Sequence record: KM657822
Direction: 5' to 3' (one strand)
DNA length: 64,000 nucleotides
From: Escherichia phage vB_EcoM-VpaE1
Part shown: one piece after another, positions 9,944 through 20,031 of the stretch
How the letters are laid out: every line of letters begins with the position of its first letter
Numbering within the stretch: the first letter of the stretch is position 1
Notes under the pieces: model-generated
Database searches by the model: none
What the model saw: only the letters and a program-made list of their open reading frames with translations
What the model was told of the DNA's origin: nothing
Position numbers and translations under genes: made by a program

Positions 9944-10033
9944 TTTTAGTTTTAAAAACAAGTAAATTACTAATCAACGGGGAGGGAATGACCTTCCCCA
10001 CTAAATAAAGTCCTTAAACTAGGAGACTCGAAA

Positions 10034-10306
10034 ATGTATACTACTAACAACGGTCGTACTCTAAACGTAACTTTACGGCACTATGTAGACGGTGTAATGC
10101 ACTTTGAGGATTTACGGGCTGAACAGCACATTTTGGATTGGCAACTTGCAGGATTCCAAAAAACTGTTACAGGATACGGTAAAAAGATTCCAACCAGTTG
10201 GAAGGTACACTATGAAGGACGTTTGCGCAGAATTTATCAGGATGTATGTAGCAATAGTGCATCGAGTTACATCATAGTAAAAGGTAAAAAACTGCATTTA
10301 GTGTAA
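10034..10306 (+). CDS. hypothetical early protein
   Basis: ORF preceded by conserved cassette. Confidence 0.55.
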   Translation: MYTTNNGRTLNVTLRHYVDGVMHFEDLRAEQHILDWQLAGFQKTVTGYGKKIPTSWKVHYEGRLRRIYQDVCSNSASSYIIVKGKKLHLV

Positions 10307-10392
10307 AGTACTTTACAAGGGGCTTATAGTTCGATAAAGTAAGCCCCAGATAAAGAGCTTTACCCCTAAATCCTAAATTGGAGAACTTAAAA

Positions 10393-10797
10393 ATGGCTAT
10401 TAATAACCGTGAGTTATCAATCTTAAAAGCACGTTTGACCGTTAACCGGATTAATGTTATCACGTCATCAGCGCCTGATGAGACATTGCACAACATTATC
10501 GGGAAGATTCAAAGCGTTATCTTAGACGTTGAAAACGTAAAAAAATCATTGGCTGACGTTGCAGCAGGTATCACGCTAGACGGTGCACAATACGAAATGG
10601 CTGACATGTTGGGCAAATCTAAGGTAATGAATAAAGAGCTTGATTTAAAAATGTTCAGATTCGCTGTGAAAGTATGGCTATCCGTCGAGTATGATGCTAA
10701 TTATGCAATCGCTGACTTTTTCGCCACTTGGTTGCAGCGTAATTTGACAAATCACGATTTTCGTAATATCTGCGATGCAATCTATGCAGAACTTTAA
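10393..10797 (+). CDS. hypothetical early protein
   Basis: Start moved to ATG 10393 directly after conserved RBS. Confidence 0.55.
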   Translation: MAINNRELSILKARLTVNRINVITSSAPDETLHNIIGKIQSVILDVENVKKSLADVAAGITLDGAQYEMADMLGKSKVMNKELDLKMFRFAVKVWLSVEYDANYAIADFFATWLQRNLTNHDFRNICDAIYAEL

Positions 10798-10896
10798 AAA
10801 ATTTTCTTGACACTGGTTTTTATGTAGGTTAAATTACACATCAACGGGGGGCGATAACCTCCCCACTAAATAAAACCCTAAACTGGAGATTCTAAA

Positions 10897-11100
10897 ATGG
10901 CTATTATTAACGGTTTAAACATTGAAACTACACACATCAAAGATATTAAAGTTGGTGATGCAGTCCTCTTTCACGGCGTAGAAAAAACCGTCACGGCGAA
11001 AGACATTACAGAGGATTCATTCATGGGTCGGTCGCTCTTCGGTGATTCCTATTGCTTAGGTTACCGTGCGGTTTTAAAAGTTGTCAAAAATAATAAATAA
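10897..11100 (+). CDS. hypothetical early protein
   Basis: ORF preceded by conserved cassette. Confidence 0.5.
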   Translation: MAIINGLNIETTHIKDIKVGDAVLFHGVEKTVTAKDITEDSFMGRSLFGDSYCLGYRAVLKVVKNNK

Positions 11101-11185
11101 AGTACTTTACAAGGGGCTTAAAAGTTGTTACCTTAAGCCCCAGATAAAGAGCTTTACCACTAAATCCTAAACTGGAGATTCAAAA

Positions 11186-11728
11186 ATGAAATGCTTTCAC
11201 GGTACTACCCAAGAAAACTTCCTCAACCTGATTAATAACGGTGATAAGCCATCAGGTGCATGGAATTGTTCGGACATGGACGGCAATTTTTACGTGTATC
11301 CAGAAAATAAAATCTACGGCGACGATGAGGAAGAGATAATCTCTGAAGGCATACAGCAAGCGTTAGGCAATGCCACTATTACAGCCGCTTTCCAGATGAA
11401 AACCCAAAATATTGTTATCTTGGAACTTGATATCCCAGAGGATGACCTGAATGATGATTATTCTTGTGATAATATGTCTGGCGTAGCAAGTTTTACAGAA
11501 TACTTCGATTTAAATTGGATTAAAAAGGTTTATGTAACCGAGTTTAACGCTATGTATTCGCCTTTTTGTCTTCCTTCACTGGATAACCCAAATATGAATT
11601 ATCTTGATGAGACATTAAAACTACTTGCTAAAAGTGTTCAACAATCGGACAGTATTCAGGTTTTTTGTGACATCATGGACACACTAACGGAAAACATCGC
11701 AGAAGAGGATTTGAAGAGCTTTTTCTAA
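11186..11728 (+). CDS. hypothetical early protein
   Basis: ORF preceded by conserved cassette. Confidence 0.55.
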   Translation: MKCFHGTTQENFLNLINNGDKPSGAWNCSDMDGNFYVYPENKIYGDDEEEIISEGIQQALGNATITAAFQMKTQNIVILELDIPEDDLNDDYSCDNMSGVASFTEYFDLNWIKKVYVTEFNAMYSPFCLPSLDNPNMNYLDETLKLLAKSVQQSDSIQVFCDIMDTLTENIAEEDLKSFF

Positions 11729-11794
11729 TAACCTATACAATCACCTTATAAACACTATTCAGCCCCTTGTAGGGGCTTTTAAGAGGCTTAAATC

Positions 11795-12028
11795 ATGCTT
11801 ACAACCGTTTATCTTATCCTTTCTATATGTAATGGTCATTCATGCGATTTTAAAGGGCTTGAAGATTTTACAGGAAGTAAAGAAAATGCTATTCAAGTTT
11901 GCCAGATAGCGAGACAAGACTATCCCGCAAGTGATGATATTCAGTGTTACTTTAAGACAGAAGATGAAGACGGTATCTATTTTGACAGTGTAGATGGTCA
12001 GTATGAAATTATCATTGAAAAAGACTAG
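11795..12028 (+). CDS. hypothetical protein
   Basis: ORF. Confidence 0.4.
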   Translation: MLTTVYLILSICNGHSCDFKGLEDFTGSKENAIQVCQIARQDYPASDDIQCYFKTEDEDGIYFDSVDGQYEIIIEKD

Positions 12029-12117
12029 ACAAGCCTGATAAAAATCTGTAAATTGTCAATCAACGGGGAGGGGATGACCTTCCCCACTAAATAAAATCCT
12101 AAACTGGAGATTCAAAA

Positions 12118-12459
12118 ATGGCTTATGTAACCGTAATTACCGATAAAGCTGGCGCATCTTGGTCAACTCAAGTAAGCGATAAGATGTCACCTATGCAGTG
12201 CCTAAAGTACTTTGAGCAATGGAACAAAGGCGAGGATGTCAGCCCCTTTCAAGTAGTGCAGATTATCCATACAGATAACGAAGGGAAGAAAACTGTTTTG
12301 AATAGTGAGTACTACGCAACCAGATTTGAAACGAGATGTAAAGCAATGAAGCTCTTGCGTGAGTCTGGTTATTCTCATATTGCGGCAATAATCTGGGATG
12401 ACTTGCTAAAAAGTCAGCGTATCAGCTATGTAAAACCTGAAAAAATATTCATCAGTTAA
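12118..12459 (+). CDS. hypothetical early protein
   Basis: ORF preceded by conserved cassette. Confidence 0.55.
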   Translation: MAYVTVITDKAGASWSTQVSDKMSPMQCLKYFEQWNKGEDVSPFQVVQIIHTDNEGKKTVLNSEYYATRFETRCKAMKLLRESGYSHIAAIIWDDLLKSQRISYVKPEKIFIS

Positions 12460-12681
12460 TCAATAACTTACAAAAAACTTTTAAAAAAGTGTTGACAATG
12501 CCCCTTGACATTGGTAACTTTGTTCGAGGGGGTTTATCTAAAAGGGATTAACTTAAAAGATTCTTTATAGATAAACTTAAAAAATTGCTTGCAATCAGAT
12601 ATCAAAACAAGTAAATTACTAATCAACGGGAGGGATAACCTCCCCACTAAGTAAAGTCCTTAAACTAGGAGATTCAAAAAA

Positions 12682-13212
12682 ATGAACAAGTTCAAAGCTA
12701 TCAACTTCATTCGTTCAAATAGTGTTATGTCAAAGCCTGTTAAAGACACCTATGAATTTCGTTGTAATGGTGTACATTTTGCAACAATCACCAAATCAGA
12801 AAACGGGGTTTATTACGTCCATCGTCGTAATGTTTCTACTGTTGTAGTTTCTCACTTTATGCAAGCTGTCGCGGAACTTCTCCCGATGTTTTTAGGTCTT
12901 TACTTAGATGAGTGTAAAAACGTTCACAATCACGTTAAAAACCTTTTAAACAGTTATAAAATGGCTTATGAACGCTCTATCAAGTCCTTAAACAAGTTTT
13001 ACAAAGCACCTGAAAATACTGTGTCAATAGCCTATGGTGTAAGCGGTGAAATGGTAAACTTATCAAATGTGGAAGAAATCAAGCTGCATGATTTACGCCC
13101 TAGCGGTTACTCTAAGACTCTAGGTGAAGGTTTAACGTTCAATATCAAGAACTTAGAGAAAACTTTAAAAGATATTGAAAAAGATATTGACGAGACAATC
13201 AAAAATCTGTAA
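12682..13212 (+). CDS. hypothetical early protein
   Basis: ORF preceded by conserved cassette. Confidence 0.55.
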   Translation: MNKFKAINFIRSNSVMSKPVKDTYEFRCNGVHFATITKSENGVYYVHRRNVSTVVVSHFMQAVAELLPMFLGLYLDECKNVHNHVKNLLNSYKMAYERSIKSLNKFYKAPENTVSIAYGVSGEMVNLSNVEEIKLHDLRPSGYSKTLGEGLTFNIKNLEKTLKDIEKDIDETIKNL

Positions 13213-13280
13213 ATTGTCAATCAACGGGGAGGGGATGACCTTCCCCACTAAATAAAGTTCTTAAACTAGGAGATTCTAAA

Positions 13281-13529
13281 ATGGCAACTATCCGCGCTAC
13301 TGTAAACGCTTATGGCTGTTATACTCTGGACGTTAAATTTGATATTGGTGGGACTGATGAATGTTTTTCCTTAGTGAAGACAGTTATCAAGCAAGTAATC
13401 CCAGATTATAACCCTACTGATGACTTCTGGAAAGATGCCGTAAAAGAGGCCATAAACGATGAGCATCACTATCATTACTGGGGTGATTTGATTGTCTCCC
13501 TGTACTACAATAAACAAGGTTACAACTAA
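13281..13529 (+). CDS. hypothetical early protein
   Basis: ORF preceded by conserved cassette; last gene of the plus-strand block. Confidence 0.55.
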   Translation: MATIRATVNAYGCYTLDVKFDIGGTDECFSLVKTVIKQVIPDYNPTDDFWKDAVKEAINDEHHYHYWGDLIVSLYYNKQGYN

Positions 13530-13567
13530 TCAACGCAGCGGGGCTATTTAGCCCCAGATACCTGAAC

Positions 13568-13589
13568 AGCCCCTCATAGGGGCTTTTTT
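13568..13589 (+). terminator. intrinsic terminator ending plus-strand early block
   Basis: Hairpin gcccctcataggggc followed by T6; preceded by a second hairpin ggggctatttagcccc. Confidence 0.7.
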
Positions 13590-15245
13590 ACGTCTATGTA
13601 ATAGCCTCTATACAACCCCTTTCCTTTCCTTTCCAGAATCTTACTAGACCTTAAAAGCAATAACTCTATAGTCTACTCTATAACCTCTTATCAAATCAAC
13701 TTAAATATAAGCCCATAACCCGAAAGGGAAGGGCAACCATTTAAACGCTCTATAAAGCCCTATAACAGCCTTATCAACCTAACTTAATGGGTTGCATTAA
13801 CTCACCCTTAAAAGCCCTTCCTAGAGCTTCTCAGAGCCTTAAAAGAATCTTATAAGGGTGTAAGCTTTACCATCTCGTTAGTTCCTTGTGAATAACTAAA
13901 AAGGGCTTGTTAGTGTCTTAAAAGTATGTTATAGGGGCTATAAAGTTACTTTGAAGTTGCTTAAAAGTTACGTAAAAGGGGCTATAAAGTTACGTAAATG
14001 CTAGCCCCCTTAACATTTTCTTAACAATTTCTTAACAATCCCTACATAGTTATGCTTTTAAGACACTTGTTAGCAACTTGTTAGCCCCTTGTTAAATCTC
14101 TGTTAAGACCACGTAAAAGCCTTGTAAGAGTCTTTGACATAGCCTTAAAAGCTCCTGTAAAGCTCTATAAAGAGCTATCTGTACAGTTGGGGTGTAACTA
14201 CTAGGAAGAGGCTTAAAAGAGCTTATAAAGAGCTATAGAGAGCTTTTAAGAGGTATGTTTAAGGAATCACTAGGGATTGGTAACAATACCAATTAAGAAA
14301 GGAAGGGAACGATAAGAAAGAGAAGTTGTGTTTGAACCAACCACTGTGACCATGTTAACAGCTTGTTAAAAAGATTAAACACTTGTTAGAAACTTGTTAA
14401 TTATCTTAACAAAATAACTCTTAAAAATTAACTTGTTAGCTCTTGTTAGTCATTTGTTAAGCCTCTGTAAAGACTATTCAGCACTTGTTAGAAAACTGTT
14501 ACAGTCTTGTTAGTTCTGTTAAGAAACTGTTAAGACCTTTGAAGAGTTGTTAAGAGCTTGAGAGAGTTGTTAAGAAATTGTTAAGGATATTTTAAAATTT
14601 TGCAAAGTACTTGTAAGGGAGCTGTTAAGGGCTACCAAGCAGATATACATCATGAGGTAGATTCTACCGAATCAACTCTACAGATATTTTTCAGTTCCTT
14701 CAAAGACCCTAAAAAATGACTTGATAGTCCTATTTTATAAAAATTTTAAAATTCTGAATAATTACCTATACAGCCTTTTAAAAATACAGGTAATAACAGG
14801 CTTATAAGATACCTTGTTAGTACCGTGTTAGACCTTGTGAGATAAGGTCTGTAAAGATATTCCTGTTAAGTTTGTTAAAACAGTCTATATAGAGGCTTAG
14901 TAATACCTAGTGAACACCTATAGAGAGTGTCATAGCTAACATAATGGGTTACTGTTAAGTAACACAGATAACCTAGAGATTAAGAGGTGTATAGGAGCTT
15001 CTAAGAAGGTGTAGAGAGATGGTTAAGGTGATTGTATAGGCTGTTAAGAAGGCTTGTTAGAGGGCTAGTTAGAAGGTTTATACAGAGGGCTATTAAGACC
15101 ACTAGATAGTTACTAAGATACTATATAGTACTATATAACTATATAGAGAGTAAGATTAAGAAGGTTGTTAAGAAGGGTAGATATTTTGTTCACATATGAT
15201 GGTGACCCAGAGGTTGGGACAACCGATAAAATTTTATAAAAATTA
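13590..15245. repeat. ORF-free region with dense same-strand YTGTTAR motif array
   Basis: No ORF of 60 aa or more in the six-frame track; about 28 copies of [CT]TGTTA[AG] all on the plus strand, often 10-11 bp apart; TATAAAG motifs also present. Confidence 0.8.
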
Positions 15246-15279
15246 AAAAGCCCCCGATTAAGGAGGCTCTTAAGATATT

Positions 15280-15903
15280 TTAAATCAGTGTTTCTAGAAC
15301 TGTTTTTAATGATGACTTGGTTGTCTGATAAAAATGAGTGAATCCATTGTTTTTATCGAATACCTGCATCATGACATCATCTCCCTTGATTGGGTACACT
15401 CGGATACCATAGTGAAACCCATTAAAGATAGCAGAACCATTACAGAATACACTAAAATCATCCACTGAGATATACTCTTCATGTCCTGTGATTTTTATAC
15501 AGACACCTTTACTCGGTCTCTTAGGATTGATGTCTTCCATCACAGACATACTCTGTCCACCAAGAGAAACCATAGTGACCACTTTACGGTTCTTCTGTTT
15601 AAAGTACATCTTAACTTTCTGCAAAGTATCTTCATAGAACGGATAAGACTTCTCTACAAAGATTCCTTCAAGTGGCTCTTTACCATTTTTAACTTCTCTG
15701 TAACCCCGTACTGCAAAGACAATCTGTTTTAATCTGTCAAGACTTTCTTCAGAGAGTGCTTCTTGAACATCACTCCAGTCAAGTACTAGGTAGTTACCTT
15801 CAACATCTTTTAAGTTATCTTTTTCCATAGCTATCACACCACTATCGTAAAACTTGGTAAGCTGGAACTGCGAATTTATTACTATTGTTCTTGATGAGGT
15901 CAT
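15280..15903 (-). CDS. hypothetical protein
   Basis: ORF; start may be the internal Met near 15828 to avoid overlap. Confidence 0.45.
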   Translation of the reverse strand: MTSSRTIVINSQFQLTKFYDSGVIAMEKDNLKDVEGNYLVLDWSDVQEALSEESLDRLKQIVFAVRGYREVKNGKEPLEGIFVEKSYPFYEDTLQKVKMYFKQKNRKVVTMVSLGGQSMSVMEDINPKRPSKGVCIKITGHEEYISVDDFSVFCNGSAIFNGFHYGIRVYPIKGDDVMMQVFDKNNGFTHFYQTTKSSLKTVLETLI

Positions 15904-16306
15904 CCTCTGAAACTAAAAATGTAATACCACATAAGTGTCTGTAACGACTATCATACTCGAATATCTTAAACAGATATTTACCATCATGATAAACCTGTTG
16001 CACTTCACCTTCTGCAACAATCTCGCCTGTAATAAAATTTTTTAGTTTATACACATTACCAACCTTAGGTACTGTTTTCATCTCAGGCTCTTTTAGTGCT
16101 ACACCTATTTTTACATCACCGAGTAAATGAGAACTCTCAAAAGCTACGTGTTTCATATAGGCTTCTGAGCATTCCCAGATAAAACAGTGTACAAGAACCT
16201 TAGCAGCATGTCTTGAACAGTCTAACTTATCACAAATTTCTGTGTACATCTCATCTTTAGTTGAGTTGTCAAGCATTGCTCTTTGCACTATCTCTTTTAC
16301 TTTCAT
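15842..16306 (-). CDS. hypothetical protein
   Basis: ORF in minus-strand block. Confidence 0.45.
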   Translation of the reverse strand: MKVKEIVQRAMLDNSTKDEMYTEICDKLDCSRHAAKVLVHCFIWECSEAYMKHVAFESSHLLGDVKIGVALKEPEMKTVPKVGNVYKLKNFITGEIVAEGEVQQVYHDGKYLFKIFEYDSRYRHLCGITFLVSEDDLIKNNSNKFAVPAYQVLR

Positions 16307-16724
16307 AAGCTCTCCGAATAACCCTATTAAGCATCTCTAAAGTCAGCTTTCCAGATTCTAAATGTGGCATGATGAGTTTTAAAGCTTTTTCAACATCATT
16401 CACAACATCTATTATACCTTCTGCATAGGCTTCTACAAGGATATCTTTTACGTTTTGTTGGTTACCTTTTTGTGGTATCACTAGACGCATATCAAAATCA
16501 TTTGCTTGAGGATGGTCACTGCCACGCCAATAACCCTCTTTGTTAAAGCTGATGTAGTTACCGTGGTAAAAGTGTATACCATTAACTTTAAACTTTTCCA
16601 GTACAAGGCATTGAATGGGGTATTCAGTATCCCAATCCCTGACTCCTAGAGCCTTCACTGTTGCGATATACTTCTGTGTTTTTGCATCTATGATGTCAAG
16701 TTCTTGACCAGCAATGATTTGCAT
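16269..16724 (-). CDS. hypothetical protein
   Basis: ORF. Confidence 0.45.
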   Translation of the reverse strand: MQIIAGQELDIIDAKTQKYIATVKALGVRDWDTEYPIQCLVLEKFKVNGIHFYHGNYISFNKEGYWRGSDHPQANDFDMRLVIPQKGNQQNVKDILVEAYAEGIIDVVNDVEKALKLIMPHLESGKLTLEMLNRVIRRAYESKRDSAKSNA

Positions 16725-16778
16725 ATTCGCTACCTTCTAAGTTTCTACAAAGGGGCTATCAAGTAACCCCTCAAGTTA

Positions 16779-17003
16779 TTACTCAGACTTTTCAGTCTTC
16801 TTATCGGATTTCTTACTAGTCTTCTTCTCAGCTTTCTGCTCAGGTTCCTTCTCAGGAGTTGCTTTGATAACCATATCAAGAAGCTCTGACAAGTCACTCT
16901 TCAGCAAAGTAACAGGCTGCTCATTGTAAAAGTTTTTGTCAAGATAAACTTTGAACTCTTCTATAGAAGGAAATCCAAAAATTGGTACAGGTGTCTTAAT
17001 CAT
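16779..17003 (-). CDS. hypothetical protein with Lys-rich C-terminus
   Basis: ORF. Confidence 0.4.
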   Translation of the reverse strand: MIKTPVPIFGFPSIEEFKVYLDKNFYNEQPVTLLKSDLSELLDMVIKATPEKEPEQKAEKKTSKKSDKKTEKSE

Positions 17004-17079
17004 TACTTAGTCTCTCCATAGGCATCTTTTAAGATTGCCTTGTTAATCATTTCAGCGATTGCAAAACGAACACATACAG

Positions 17080-17613
17080 CTATAATTGTAGGTTGCATTC
17101 TTTACTTACCTCTTCAAGTTTAACCTCAGAATCCTTAAGTCGTTTCTTATGAACTCTGAACCTCATTAGTGAGATGATGATACCAGCTAAAGGAACAACA
17201 TACAAGTACCAGATATCATGTAGCTTTGCAGTAATCTGTGTAATTGTCAAGTCTTGAGCTATGTAGCTGATTGCTGATACAGCTAGTAATGTTGCTAAGA
17301 AGAACACTAGTATCATAACAATATTTAGGCAGCCTCTGGCATGATATTCATGCTTAATGCACTTGTTCTTTTCGTCAACAACCCTGTTGTAGTCGTTTGT
17401 AAAGTCTCTGTAGAAAGCTTTCAAGTATTCTTGACTGTAGCCCTCAAAGCAACCTGTACCGTACCAATAATCACCACCAAAATGTGCTATGATACCGGTA
17501 TCTCCATTCGGTTTGGTTACTCTAAGAGAAGTATGATGACCAGTCTTCTGGTAATCTATTTTGTATCTTTCTTCGTAAATCATTTCCCAACCCCTCTCAA
17601 TCGTTTGTTCCAC
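17080..17613 (-). CDS. hypothetical membrane protein
   Basis: ORF with predicted TM helices in the C-terminal half. Confidence 0.45.
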   Translation of the reverse strand: MEQTIERGWEMIYEERYKIDYQKTGHHTSLRVTKPNGDTGIIAHFGGDYWYGTGCFEGYSQEYLKAFYRDFTNDYNRVVDEKNKCIKHEYHARGCLNIVMILVFFLATLLAVSAISYIAQDLTITQITAKLHDIWYLYVVPLAGIIISLMRFRVHKKRLKDSEVKLEEVSKECNLQL

Positions 17614-17798
17614 TCAAGGTCAACAAGCCTTTGCAGGACTTTCCCTCTAGGTGTTACACCTTTTAAATCTGCATCGTAGCAACGGTAAAAGTCACCTTCA
17701 GCGTGTTTACCATAGCATTTTCTGATATTCTGGCTTCTGCGATACTGCTCTAACAGGGATAGTTTGTAGTAATCTTCAACTGTAGTTAACTTTTTCAT
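17580..17798 (-). CDS. hypothetical protein
   Basis: ORF. Confidence 0.35.
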   Translation of the reverse strand: MKKLTTVEDYYKLSLLEQYRRSQNIRKCYGKHAEGDFYRCYDADLKGVTPRGKVLQRLVDLEWNKRLRGVGK

Positions 17799-18340
17799 TC
17801 TTTCACCATAGCGTTTCTGAACTGGCGTTGTGTTTCTCTTGTAATTTCGTTTGGAGTAAACCCTGCTTTTAGCATATCTCTGAAAAGAACTTCTAAATGG
17901 TTCCTCTCAATGATGTAAATAGCATTCTGAATAGCTGTTTTACGCTCCTTCAGGTCACTACTAATTTCTTCGCACTTACTGGTAAGCTCTGTGTCAACTT
18001 TCTTATAGACTGGCATAACATGTGTGTAGCAACCTTTATTAGTCTCCATGAAAAATTTAAAAGATTCTTCAGAGTCCTTTAGAGCAATCTCTATAAAGTT
18101 TTTGTAAGCACCTGTGAAAGATAAGGAATCAATCTCAGCAGTTGAGTATACAGTCCCTGCACACAGTCTTGCAGAAGTACTAAATGTGTGGTTTGGTGTT
18201 GTGTCAAAGTCTAAGTTCTTCAGTGGTCGGAAATAAACTGTACCATTGTGTGAGATGTGTGTTACAACAGCCTCAACACTCTTTGAAGGATTCTGTTTAA
18301 CATACAAAATAATTTTATCGTGTTCTTTCACTTTAGCCAT
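17795..18340 (-). CDS. hypothetical protein
   Basis: ORF. Confidence 0.45.
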   Translation of the reverse strand: MAKVKEHDKIILYVKQNPSKSVEAVVTHISHNGTVYFRPLKNLDFDTTPNHTFSTSARLCAGTVYSTAEIDSLSFTGAYKNFIEIALKDSEESFKFFMETNKGCYTHVMPVYKKVDTELTSKCEEISSDLKERKTAIQNAIYIIERNHLEVLFRDMLKAGFTPNEITRETQRQFRNAMVKE

Positions 18341-18412
18341 ATCTATTCTCCAGAAACTAAAAAGGGAACTACCTCTCGATAGCTCCCATCATAGTCAATA
18401 TTGTATACTCGG

Positions 18413-18994
18413 TCAAGAGTATTTTTTAGGCAGTAATGCACTGCGCTTGTTACTCTCTTCACTCAATAGTGCAATGAAATCATCACTTTTACCTTTCCAC
18501 GGGCTGAATGAAGGGATATGTTCGCGGATAGCCTCAATCACTGTCTTAAGTGCTGTGTTCTTCATCCACCAATCAGAATCTGCTGATGCTACCACGTAGT
18601 ATCCACCATCATCAGTTAAAATTGGCTCTGAAATACATGGTGAAATCAAAGTGGTGATAATTGAACCATTGTTCATGTAGTATGTGCGTTTCATAACCTT
18701 TTCAAGAAGCTTGTGAAGGTCGCCAAACAATGTTACAAGTTCTTTGTGGTCAATATCTTTTTCGAGGTTTGCTCGATACTTCAATAGTGCAGCATCAACC
18801 TCTCTGTCATTGAACTTGAAATATTGAACTTCTTCAACAAGGCAAACACTGATGTTGTTAACATTCATAGTCAACTTGCAAACTTTTGCAGGAGAGTTGA
18901 TACTTGGTTGAAAAAGTGCAATACAACCTTCAATATTTCCAAAATGTTGTACCAGTGTTACTTGTGGAGTGATATTCTGTTGCTCTTCGGACAT
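18413..18994 (-). CDS. hypothetical protein
   Basis: ORF. Confidence 0.45.
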   Translation of the reverse strand: MSEEQQNITPQVTLVQHFGNIEGCIALFQPSINSPAKVCKLTMNVNNISVCLVEEVQYFKFNDREVDAALLKYRANLEKDIDHKELVTLFGDLHKLLEKVMKRTYYMNNGSIITTLISPCISEPILTDDGGYYVVASADSDWWMKNTALKTVIEAIREHIPSFSPWKGKSDDFIALLSEESNKRSALLPKKYS

Positions 18995-19338
18995 TACAGT
19001 TTCCTCATTAAATACTTTTTAAGTTGTGTGTTAGGTTTCTCAAAAACTTCTATAGAAGATATCTTGACAGATTCACCACGCATACCAGTATGTTTGAATA
19101 TGTAGTACTCTAACATCCCTATATACTTTGCTGGTAAGTCATGCTTGACATACACCGTTACAGAATCTTCAAATTCAACGACCTTTGTACCATCTTTGTA
19201 GTTAAACTCTTTAGGATGGTTGTAGTTGTCTATGTCGTACATTAAAAAGAGTCTTTTACGTTGTAAGTCAAGCTTATTTGTTAAAGACTCTTTGATATCT
19301 GAGAAGTTTTTGTAAACTGTGACATGGAGCTTACTCAT
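18994..19338 (-). CDS. hypothetical protein
   Basis: ORF. Confidence 0.45.
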   Translation of the reverse strand: MSKLHVTVYKNFSDIKESLTNKLDLQRKRLFLMYDIDNYNHPKEFNYKDGTKVVEFEDSVTVYVKHDLPAKYIGMLEYYIFKHTGMRGESVKISSIEVFEKPNTQLKKYLMRKL

Positions 19339-19624
19339 CGTTAAACTCTCTGACGAAGAAATAGTTGACTTTATTATTACCTACCATAAGGTCAAAGCAG
19401 GTATTCTCAAAAGGTTTGTTGTAGGCATCATATGAAACGTATGGGTCAGATACTTGCTTAGTACTTAACTTCTTACTTGAAGGGTTTAAGAGGCCACCAT
19501 ACAGCTTCTTGATAGCCTCTTCTACAACAGACCAGATAATTTCGTCAGTAATTTCTTCGTACAGGTCTAGTTCACGCTCTAGTGAGAAGTCACAAATAGG
19601 GAAAATAACCTGTACTTTACTCAT
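19331..19624 (-). CDS. hypothetical protein
   Basis: ORF. Confidence 0.45.
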   Translation of the reverse strand: MSKVQVIFPICDFSLERELDLYEEITDEIIWSVVEEAIKKLYGGLLNPSSKKLSTKQVSDPYVSYDAYNKPFENTCFDLMVGNNKVNYFFVREFNDE

Positions 19625-20031
19625 TAACGAATAACCTGTGAGACTTGAATTGCTTCAGTTACTGATAAGTCACCCACTTTCTCTTCTTTGATAAAAGTGA
19701 AGGTGAGTTCAACAGGTTCTTCCGCTTCTTCTTCTTCTTCTTCTTCTTGCTCAACTGGAACACCATTAAGCTCATCAAAGATTGATTGAGTTGTCCAGTC
19801 TTCTCCACCATCTGGATAATGGATGGCGTAAAGAGGAAACTCCATATCATACCAGCCAAATACAGGACAACCATCTGCATCATCTCGCATTCTGCGAAGG
19901 GTGCTACCTGAGCCTGTAAAGCGAAGACTGATATTTCCATTACACTCAAAAATCACTGCGTCGGCAAGTCCGGCATCTTCTCGACCATCATGGCCAAAAG
20001 TGTCAACTTTTACTTGAATCTCTTTATTCAT
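19624..20031 (-). CDS. hypothetical protein with poly-Glu tract
   Basis: ORF; acidic EQEEEEEEEAEEP run. Confidence 0.45.
   Translation of the reverse strand: MNKEIQVKVDTFGHDGREDAGLADAVIFECNGNISLRFTGSGSTLRRMRDDADGCPVFGWYDMEFPLYAIHYPDGGEDWTTQSIFDELNGVPVEQEEEEEEEAEEPVELTFTFIKEEKVGDLSVTEAIQVSQVIR

Noticed and set aside
13590-15245. CRISPR array
   Set aside because: Repeats are short (7-8 bp), irregularly spaced with no repeat-spacer periodicity; not a CRISPR array.
19659-19949. Minus-strand ORF with poly-Lys tract
   Set aside because: Alternative-frame reading of the GAA-repeat region inside ORF 19624..20031.
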